A stretch of 56,954 nucleotides of DNA. Source: Bacteroidales bacterium. Lineage in GTDB: Bacteria > Bacteroidota > Bacteroidia > Bacteroidales > UBA12170. The stretch covers positions 1,426 through 58,379 of the forward strand of contig JAOZUW010000001.1 of the NCBI GenBank assembly GCA_029938465.1. Direction: 5' to 3'. Both the position numbers and the translations under genes were made by a program. The notes below the pieces were generated by a model. That model ran no database searches and was not told the origin of the DNA. It worked only from the letters and a program-made list of their open reading frames with translations. Below, in pieces: positions 50,365-56,954 of this stretch (positions within the stretch are counted from its first letter, which is position 1; the number at the start of each line of letters is the position of its first letter).

Positions 50365-51363
50365 ATGAGTTTATTAACTATTTCGGCATCTCCGCACGTT
50401 CACGGCGACAACTCCACAAAGAAAATTATGTGGGGAGTAGTATATGCTATGATTCCAGCTTTATTGGTTTCCGTATACTACTTTGGCTTAGATGCTTTAC
50501 GAGTCGTATTTATTGCCGTTGCCGCTTCGGTATTTTTTGAGTGGCTTATTCAAAAATACCTAATAAAAGGTGCTAACACTATTATGGATGGCTCAGCAAT
50601 TATTACCGGAATATTGCTGGCTTTTAACGTTCCTAGCAATTTACCATGGTGGATTATTATTCTAGGTGCTCTTGTAGCCATAGGTATGGGAAAAATGTCA
50701 TATGGTGGTTTAGGAAAAAATCCATTTAACCCAGCTTTAGTTGGTCGAGTTTTTATGTTGATCTCCTTTCCTGTACAAATGACCTCATGGCCAAAAGCAC
50801 AACCCATAATTGATGGCATCACAGATGCTGTTACAGGGCCTACTGCTTTGGGTATTATGAAAGAAGGTTTGGATGCAGGCAAAACTGTTTCCGAATTAAT
50901 GCCTGAAATTCCTAGCAATATGCAGCTACTTATAGGTAATATGGGTGGTAGTATGGGTGAAGTTTCAGCCATAGCTATTATTTTAGGTGGTTTATATATG
51001 TGCTGGAAAAAGATTATTACTTGGGAAATCCCAATAAGCATTTTACTAACAGTATTTGTTTTCAGTAAGATTTTTTGTTTTATAGACCCTGAGCATTATG
51101 TAAGCCCTATTTTTCACCTCCTAACAGGAGGAATGTTATTAGGAGCTATCTTTATGGCTACGGATATGGTTTCTTCACCAATGACTCGATATGGTCAGCT
51201 AGTTTATGGTGTAGGAATTGGATTACTCACCATAATCATTCGTGTATGGGGTGCCTATCCCGAAGGAATGTCCTTTGCTATTCTTATAATGAATTCAACG
51301 GTTCCTCTACTCAATAATTCATTTAAACCCACTCGTTTTGGAAAGGAGGTGAAACATGGCTAA
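50365..51363 (+). CDS. rnfD: Rnf complex subunit D
   Basis: SPHVH, GGLGKNPFNPALVGR, FMN-Thr motif DAVTGPT, FMATDMVSSP. Confidence 0.96.
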   Translation: MSLLTISASPHVHGDNSTKKIMWGVVYAMIPALLVSVYYFGLDALRVVFIAVAASVFFEWLIQKYLIKGANTIMDGSAIITGILLAFNVPSNLPWWIIILGALVAIGMGKMSYGGLGKNPFNPALVGRVFMLISFPVQMTSWPKAQPIIDGITDAVTGPTALGIMKEGLDAGKTVSELMPEIPSNMQLLIGNMGGSMGEVSAIAIILGGLYMCWKKIITWEIPISILLTVFVFSKIFCFIDPEHYVSPIFHLLTGGMLLGAIFMATDMVSSPMTRYGQLVYGVGIGLLTIIIRVWGAYPEGMSFAILIMNSTVPLLNNSFKPTRFGKEVKHG

Positions 51364-51943
51364 AAAAGAGTCTACATTCATCAATATGGTTATGGTTTTA
51401 TTTATTGTAGCCGCTGTAGCTGGCCTTGCTCTAGGTTATGTATACAATATTACAAAAGAGCCAATTGCTAAAGCAAGAAAAGCTAAAATAGAAAGAGCAA
51501 TAAAGGAAGTTTTACCAGAATTTGATAGTGTTCAACCTGGTTATAAAATCATGTCCTATGATGGTACAAAAGCTAAAGATTCTTTAGTGTTTTTTAAAGC
51601 ATCACTTAATGGCGAATGGGTTGGTACTGCTGTAAATACCTATACAATGAAAGGTTTTTCTGGTTTAATAAAACTAATGGTAGGTTTCACTCCTGATGGA
51701 AGCATTCATAAAATATCTGTTTTGGAACATAAAGAAACACCAGGATTAGGTACTAAAATGGCTAAACCTAAATTTATTGACCAGTTTAAAAACATAAACC
51801 CAGCTGACTTCGATATTCAAGTCACAAAAGATGGTGGCGAAATTGATGCCATTACTGCAGCAACTATTAGTTCACGAGCATTTAGCGATGCTACTGATAG
51901 AGCTTATAAAACATTTATGCAAAACAAAGGAGGAAACAACTAA
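51356..51943 (+). CDS. rnfG: Rnf complex subunit G
   Basis: HKETPGLG and [15 protein letters not shown]-binding motif. Confidence 0.96.
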   Translation: MAKKESTFINMVMVLFIVAAVAGLALGYVYNITKEPIAKARKAKIERAIKEVLPEFDSVQPGYKIMSYDGTKAKDSLVFFKASLNGEWVGTAVNTYTMKGFSGLIKLMVGFTPDGSIHKISVLEHKETPGLGTKMAKPKFIDQFKNINPADFDIQVTKDGGEIDAITAATISSRAFSDATDRAYKTFMQNKGGNN

Positions 51944-52527
51944 TGAGTCAAATGAAAAATTTCACCAAAGGATTTATTAAAGAAAATCCCGTATTTGTAC
52001 TCCTTTTAGGTCTTTGCCCTACTTTGGGAGTAACTACCTCTGCTATTAATGGCTTGGGTATGGGACTAGCCACTACCTTTGTTTTAATAGGATCTAATGT
52101 GGTGGTGAGCTTGGTAAAGAATCTTATACCAGACAAGGTACGTATCCCTGCCTTTATTGTAATTATTGCATCCTTTGTAACTATTGTAGAACTGGTGATG
52201 CAAGCCTATATGCCTGCATTATTTGATCAATTAGGATTGTTTATTCCATTAATTGTAGTTAACTGTATTGTTTTGGGTCGTGCCGAAGCTTTTGCCTCTA
52301 AAGAGACAACCGCCTCCTCTGCTATTGATGGCTTGGGGATGGGTTTAGGATTCTCTTTTGCTCTAACACTTTTAGGAGCAGTTAGAGAAATACTTGGTAG
52401 TGGAGCTATATTTAACTTTAAATTTATGGAAGCTGACGGAATGTTGGTTTTTGTATTGGCACCAGGAGCATTTATTGCGTTGGGATATCTTATCGCTATT
52501 ATTAATCGAATTAACAAAAAAGCCTAA
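51943..52527 (+). CDS. rnfE: Rnf complex subunit E
   Basis: [33 protein letters not shown]. Confidence 0.96.
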   Translation: MSQMKNFTKGFIKENPVFVLLLGLCPTLGVTTSAINGLGMGLATTFVLIGSNVVVSLVKNLIPDKVRIPAFIVIIASFVTIVELVMQAYMPALFDQLGLFIPLIVVNCIVLGRAEAFASKETTASSAIDGLGMGLGFSFALTLLGAVREILGSGAIFNFKFMEADGMLVFVLAPGAFIALGYLIAIINRINKKA

Positions 52528-52545
52528 TTCTAAAAACTTAAAATT

Positions 52546-53118
52546 ATGGAATATTTTGTAATTATTATATCAGCCATTTTTGTCAACAATATTGTATTAG
52601 CACAATTCCTTGGCATTTGTCCTTTTGTTGGAGTCTCAGGTAAAATATCTACCTCAGTAGGGATGAGTGGTGCAGTTATGTTTGTAATGACCATCGCCAC
52701 TATTGTAACTTGGCTTATTCAAGATCTAGTTTTAATACCTTTAAATATTGGATTCCTTCAAACCATTACATTTATCCTAGTGATTGCAGCTCTGGTTCAA
52801 ATGGTAGAAATTATTTTAAAGAAAGTAAGCCCCCCACTCTATGCAGCTTTAGGAGTTTTTCTTCCTTTAATTACTACTAATTGTGCTGTTTTAGGTGTAG
52901 CCATACTTACCGTTCAAAAAGATTTCAACTTGATGGAAGGCGTAGTTTTTGCCATTGCATCAGCCATTGGTTTTGGCTTAGCTATGATTCTATTTGCTGG
53001 ACTTAGAGAACATATGGATCTTATGGAGCCACCTAAAGGAATGAAAGGTGTACCAGTAGCTTTAGTTACTGCAGGCATCTTAGCACTTGCCTTTATGGGC
53101 TTTACCGGAATGGTATAA
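52546..53118 (+). CDS. rnfA: Rnf complex subunit A
   Basis: NNIVLAQFLGICPF, LPLITTNCAVLG. Confidence 0.96.
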   Translation: MEYFVIIISAIFVNNIVLAQFLGICPFVGVSGKISTSVGMSGAVMFVMTIATIVTWLIQDLVLIPLNIGFLQTITFILVIAALVQMVEIILKKVSPPLYAALGVFLPLITTNCAVLGVAILTVQKDFNLMEGVVFAIASAIGFGLAMILFAGLREHMDLMEPPKGMKGVPVALVTAGILALAFMGFTGMV

Positions 53119-53137
53119 ATAACAATAAGATGAAAAT

Positions 53138-53175
53138 AAAGGATGATTTACAGAGGAGTAGATCATCCTTTTTTT
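53138..53175 (+). terminator. Rho-independent terminator after rnfA
   Basis: AAAGGATGATTTAC-loop-GTAGATCATCCTTT plus T run. Confidence 0.88.
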
Positions 53176-53233
53176 ATGAATAGATATTTTCAGAATCAAA
53201 CAAATTCAAAAAAATAATTACAAAAATATTTTA

Positions 53234-53258
53234 AGTTAGTGAATATTAACTATATTTG
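53234..53258 (+). promoter_or_regulatory. Candidate TetR operator copy 1, abutting the -7 element
   Basis: AGTTAGTGAATATTAACT (53234-53251) running into TATATTTG (53251-53258). Confidence 0.8.
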
Positions 53259-53275
53259 CGCAATAATTATTAAAT

Positions 53276-53869
53276 ATGCAAACAGAAAGACAAACACAAA
53301 TTATTGAAAACTCTATAGAACTTATTGCTACAAAGGGTATACAAGGTTTTACTATAAAAAATTTATCCAAGTCACTAGGTATTTCTGAGCCTGCCATCTA
53401 TCGTCATTTTGAAAGTAAAACAGCCATTTTACTTAATATTTTAGATACATTTAAAGAAATGGGTGAAATGATGAACTTTATGCTTGAAAATAATAAAGAT
53501 CCTGCCATTGAAAAAATTGAATTTCTGTTTTCCAAAATGTTAGAAGTATTTATTGAGCAACCTGCTGTTATTTCAGTTATTTTTTCTGAAGAAATTTTTA
53601 AAAATGAACAAATTCTAAAAGAGAAAATTATAGAAATACATAATATGCACCAATTGAATATTGAAAACATTGTTTCAGAAGGACAAAAAGAAATGAATGT
53701 GAGAACAGACATAGACAAAAGTAGTTTATCTCTTATTTTAATGGGCTCTTTACGTTTATTAGTTAAACGTTGGGATTTGAATAATCATAATTTCGATCTT
53801 GAAAAAGAAGGTCAGGAACTCATCAACTCATTCAAGTTATTGATTGGTCAAAAACAAAACCATAATTAG
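53276..53869 (+). CDS. TetR/AcrR family regulator
   Basis: GIQGFTIKNLSKSLGISEPAIYRHFESK HTH. Confidence 0.95.
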   Translation: MQTERQTQIIENSIELIATKGIQGFTIKNLSKSLGISEPAIYRHFESKTAILLNILDTFKEMGEMMNFMLENNKDPAIEKIEFLFSKMLEVFIEQPAVISVIFSEEIFKNEQILKEKIIEIHNMHQLNIENIVSEGQKEMNVRTDIDKSSLSLILMGSLRLLVKRWDLNNHNFDLEKEGQELINSFKLLIGQKQNHN

Positions 53870-53886
53870 AAATAAATAATAGAATA

Positions 53887-53912
53887 AGCCGATATCTAAT
53901 ATCGGTTTTTTT
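53887..53912 (+). terminator. Rho-independent terminator after tetR
   Basis: AGCCGATA-loop-TATCGGTT followed by a T run. Confidence 0.75.
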
Positions 53913-53923
53913 CTGAAACACAA

Positions 53924-53941
53924 AGTTAGTTAACATTTACT
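53924..53941 (+). promoter_or_regulatory. Candidate TetR operator copy 2
   Basis: AGTTAGTTAACATTTACT, 15/18 identical to copy 1, ending 15 bp before the ATG at 53957. Confidence 0.7.
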
Positions 53942-53956
53942 ATTAACGATTGAAAT

Positions 53957-54343
53957 ATGAATACAAAATGGAATTTATTATTGATAATTGGACTTCTTTT
54001 CTTTTCAATTATCCCAAAAACAACTAGTGCTTGCGAAATAGAGTTTGAAATAACCAAAGGAAAGAAAGACTCTTATCAAGTTGGTGATACTATTGTAGTA
54101 TTAGTAAAAGTAGCCTTAACCCATAGATCTTGTCCCGTAAAAATGAAACAAACAAAATTCTCAATGAAAGGCTTAAAGGTTTTAAAATCGACACCATGGA
54201 AGCAAACTGCAGCCAACGATTGGGAGAGGAAATTAATGATAGTTGTGAATGAAACCAAAGATGGCAAGCTAAACCTTACAGCAGTTCGTGAGTGTGAAAA
54301 AGATGGTGGTTTTGGAACACTAAGACTAAAAGCAGATAAATAA
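53957..54343 (+). CDS. Small exported beta-rich hypothetical protein with three Cys and one His
   Basis: Signal peptide ending TTSA|C; HRSCP and RECEKDGG motifs. Confidence 0.75.
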   Translation: MNTKWNLLLIIGLLFFSIIPKTTSACEIEFEITKGKKDSYQVGDTIVVLVKVALTHRSCPVKMKQTKFSMKGLKVLKSTPWKQTAANDWERKLMIVVNETKDGKLNLTAVRECEKDGGFGTLRLKADK

Positions 54344-54353
54344 CAGACTAATT

Positions 54354-55412
54354 ATGAAAATATATTTCTCTTTTCTAATACTTACTTTTCTGGTAATATC
54401 AATAAATATTACAAATGCACAAGAAGATGAGTTTAGTCAAACAACAGAAATCCAAAATACACAATCTGCCGATGATGAATTTACAGAAGATGAATTTTCC
54501 GATTCTGATGAATTCTCCTCTGATCAAGACGAATTCAGCGAATTCTCAGAAGAAAATGTAGAAGAAATAAAGTCTAAAACAAACTGGAATCGCTTTTACT
54601 GGGCAATTTCTATACTATTTGCGACTTTACTTGCCGGCATTTTTGTTCGATTTGAAGCTACTCGAAAAATACGCCCAGTTTTTTTACTTGCTGCAGTAGT
54701 CATTTTAGGATTCTATAGAGGAGGTCCCGGAATTATATCAAGTTTTCAAAATACCTTTTTATTTTTTATTGGATCTACTGATAAATGGCCTGCAATAGTT
54801 CTTTTTCTAGGACTAATCCCTATCACCTACTTCTTTGGAAAAGTATTCTGTGGCTGGACTTGTTACCTTGGAGCTATACAAGAATTCTTATATATAGGGA
54901 AGTTTAAAATTCTGCAAAGTGATAAATCTCAAAAAGTAATGAGAATTATTCGCTATTTTATTTTTGTGATTCTATTAGCCCAACTAACATTTACCCATAG
55001 CATTGAATGGAGTAGAATCGGACCATTTAAAGTCATCTTTAACTTGTTTTCACCAAATATTACAGGATATATCCTACTTGTTATTCTTTTGCTAAGTTCA
55101 TTATTTATCCATCGTCCTTTTTGTAAAATAGCTTGTCCTGCAGGATTATTTTATGGTTGGATAACAAAAATACCTGGAGCTTCAGTACTAGGAATAACAG
55201 ATTCTTGTGCGGGTTGTAAAACTTGTAGTACATCTTGCCAAATAAATGCAATAACACGCGAAGGAAAAACATCAAAGCTCGACAATCAAGAATGTATTAT
55301 GTGTGGTGAATGTTTAAGCGATTGTAATATTAAAAGTATTCAAGCTTTCAGAAAAAGTAAAAATCATAAAAGTCAAATTTTTCTTAAAGGAATAAAGAAA
55401 GTAAAAATCTAA
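54354..55412 (+). CDS. Polytopic 4Fe-4S membrane protein (NapH/RdxA/YccM-like) with an acidic N-terminal tract
   Basis: FCGWTC, FCKIACP, CAGCKTCSTSC and CIMCGECLSDC motifs; about five TMs; signal peptide. Confidence 0.88.
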   Translation: MKIYFSFLILTFLVISINITNAQEDEFSQTTEIQNTQSADDEFTEDEFSDSDEFSSDQDEFSEFSEENVEEIKSKTNWNRFYWAISILFATLLAGIFVRFEATRKIRPVFLLAAVVILGFYRGGPGIISSFQNTFLFFIGSTDKWPAIVLFLGLIPITYFFGKVFCGWTCYLGAIQEFLYIGKFKILQSDKSQKVMRIIRYFIFVILLAQLTFTHSIEWSRIGPFKVIFNLFSPNITGYILLVILLLSSLFIHRPFCKIACPAGLFYGWITKIPGASVLGITDSCAGCKTCSTSCQINAITREGKTSKLDNQECIMCGECLSDCNIKSIQAFRKSKNHKSQIFLKGIKKVKI

Positions 55413-55424
55413 TAATCATTAGCT

Positions 55425-56816
55425 ATGAAAATAAAAAAATTAATCTTAGGTTTATTATTATTAAGTAGTTATTCCGTTTTTTCACAAATGGATTGCCGAA
55501 GTATGCTTGGTGCTCACTTAACACCATTTAAAGAAGGAGTGCCAATTCTTTGGGGCATTGAGGGTACTATGGCTCCGGGAATGATGACCAGCCCTTACGA
55601 TTCACTAGGAAAGACAAAACTCAATGGAGGAATGCTATTGGCTGCTTTGGATTTTGGTTTTGGACAACAAAAGCATCATATCTACTTAGAAGGTGGATAT
55701 AAAAACTGGATAAACTCTGATTTTGTTATTGATGAGGGTAATAAAGGTAACAAGCATTTAGGAATGCGTCAAGCTTTTTATAGTTATACTAATGATAGAA
55801 CAAAAATAAAACTAGGTTTACACGAAACCCGATTAGGGGATTTTTTCTTGGTAGATGAGCGGGTTTTAGGAGTAAGTGTCGATCATGAAATTGGGGCTTT
55901 TACCCTTAATGCAAGAGTTGGAACCGTAAGCACAAGTTTTGCAAGAATGGGAAAGTTTTGTGCCAACCGACATTTATATGGTATTATAAATCCTAATTAT
56001 ACAGAAAGAATAGGTAATAAAATTGGCGAAACAAATTTAGCAGGCTTTGTCATTAACTGGGATCCACATTATCGTAAAGAAGAAACTACTTCTATAAATA
56101 CAGATGAATTTGAGAATACAGATGAATTTTCAACTGATGATGAATTCTTTAACAACACTGATGAATTTCACGAAAACCATGATTTTAATGAATTTGGAAA
56201 TGAGGATGAATTCTCTGACGATACAAATATTAAACAAAAACATAAACTCTCTATTACAAACATAGGCCTTATCTTTTACGATGAATTTGGAGACGAAAAT
56301 TATATACCAGATAATAAATTCTATACTGGAATATTGGTTGATATGGATTTGCCTTTTGGGTTTTTTATGCAAACAGGTGGTGTATATCAAAATATGGTCG
56401 ATAATAATACTATGGTATATATTGCGAAATTTGGTAAAAGCAAAACCTGGAATAATGCCTCCTTAACCAAATTAAGTGGAGCCTATATTGGAAAATATGA
56501 TATTGATAAAAACTCACTTTTTCAACCGCTCTTTAGTAATTTATTTATTGGTGAAATAATGCGAATGGATGCCACAGAATTTCCCTTATGGCAAGTAGCA
56601 TTAAAACATAGATTTCCTGGTAAATTAAAGATGCATCTTGCTTTTACAGCCGTTGCACAAATAGAGGATGCAAAAACAAACGAACAAGATATTGAATTAG
56701 GTTTATTGGCATTCAAAAACCATTTAAAGGTAACATTAATAGGTAGTAGAGTAGAAACCCTTGCTTTACCTAATGAATTCTATATGGCTAGAGTTGAATT
56801 AAGATTAGCATTCTAA
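55425..56816 (+). CDS. Predicted outer-membrane beta-barrel with an acidic loop
   Basis: Signal peptide, alternating amphipathic strands, C-terminal beta-signal MARVELRLAF. Confidence 0.75.
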   Translation: MKIKKLILGLLLLSSYSVFSQMDCRSMLGAHLTPFKEGVPILWGIEGTMAPGMMTSPYDSLGKTKLNGGMLLAALDFGFGQQKHHIYLEGGYKNWINSDFVIDEGNKGNKHLGMRQAFYSYTNDRTKIKLGLHETRLGDFFLVDERVLGVSVDHEIGAFTLNARVGTVSTSFARMGKFCANRHLYGIINPNYTERIGNKIGETNLAGFVINWDPHYRKEETTSINTDEFENTDEFSTDDEFFNNTDEFHENHDFNEFGNEDEFSDDTNIKQKHKLSITNIGLIFYDEFGDENYIPDNKFYTGILVDMDLPFGFFMQTGGVYQNMVDNNTMVYIAKFGKSKTWNNASLTKLSGAYIGKYDIDKNSLFQPLFSNLFIGEIMRMDATEFPLWQVALKHRFPGKLKMHLAFTAVAQIEDAKTNEQDIELGLLAFKNHLKVTLIGSRVETLALPNEFYMARVELRLAF

Positions 56817-56863
56817 ATAGTACAGAATTTGTTAAATATTTCTAAATTTCAATTCAAAATCTA

Positions 56864-56890
56864 AAAGTTAGTGATTATTAACTAACTTTG
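56864..56890 (+). promoter_or_regulatory. Candidate TetR operator copy 3, abutting the -7 element
   Basis: AGTTAGTGATTATTAACT (56866-56883, 17/18 identical to copy 1) running into TAACTTTG (56883-56890). Confidence 0.82.
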
Positions 56891-56922
56891 CATTTGTAAT
56901 AAATATCAGAAAATTATATACT

Positions 56923-56954
56923 ATGGAAAAATTATTGATTAAATCCTTAAAGGC
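56923..56954 (+). CDS. 5' end of a probable gene running off the window (MEKLLIKSLK...)
   Basis: ATG 33 bp after the promoter/operator; frame open to the window edge. Confidence 0.5.
   Translation, partial: MEKLLIKSLK

Noticed and set aside
54426-56222. GATGAATT repeats as a CRISPR-like or DNA-level array
   Set aside because: Units are only about 9 bp, in frame, irregularly spaced and synonymously variable; no cas genes are present.
644-56716. Many short ORFs antisense to or nested in long genes (e.g. 19652-19984, 27258-27623, 48279-48686, 50550-51041)
   Set aside because: They lie inside well-supported genes and have no recognisable motifs; treated as shadow ORFs.
53957-56816. Selenoprotein or multiheme cytochrome interpretation of the terminal cluster
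   Set aside because: All three ORFs are uninterrupted and end in TAA, so there is no in-frame TGA; no CxxCH motifs.

Overview
AT-rich chromosomal window from a Bacteroidota bacterium, probably an anaerobic Bacteroidales-type organism. Support: TAnnTTTG -7 promoters, a T9SS C-terminal sorting domain, a TamB/TamL pair, the rnfBCDGEA gene order and a SAM-II-like riboswitch on metK. In order the window holds: tonB(partial)-exbD-exbB; a TetR-TolC-HlyD-2xATPase-2xpermease efflux operon; tamL/tamB plus a second Omp85; a VWA membrane protein and fabG; a beta-propeller hybrid kinase; a LexA-like XRE-S24 gene divergent from dinB; marR-fadN-thiolase-ACAD-thioesterase-fadD; a DUF2780-like gene; a 166-bp palindromic element; xseAB-yidD-methyltransferase-T9SS cargo; metK; an acyl-ACP thioesterase; an odd GAF/coiled-coil/lid/HTH protein divergent from a small ORF, a TPR-PAS kinase and a receiver; the rnf operon; and a TetR cluster. 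That last cluster is the best candidate for an undescribed system. It has three copies of an 18-bp operator and encodes a Cys/His exported protein, a NapH-like Fe-S membrane protein and an outer-membrane barrel, the last two sharing acidic Asp-Glu-Phe repeat tracts. I saw no rRNA, tRNA, CRISPR array, transposase or prophage genes. All family calls come from motif recognition by eye, not from database searches.
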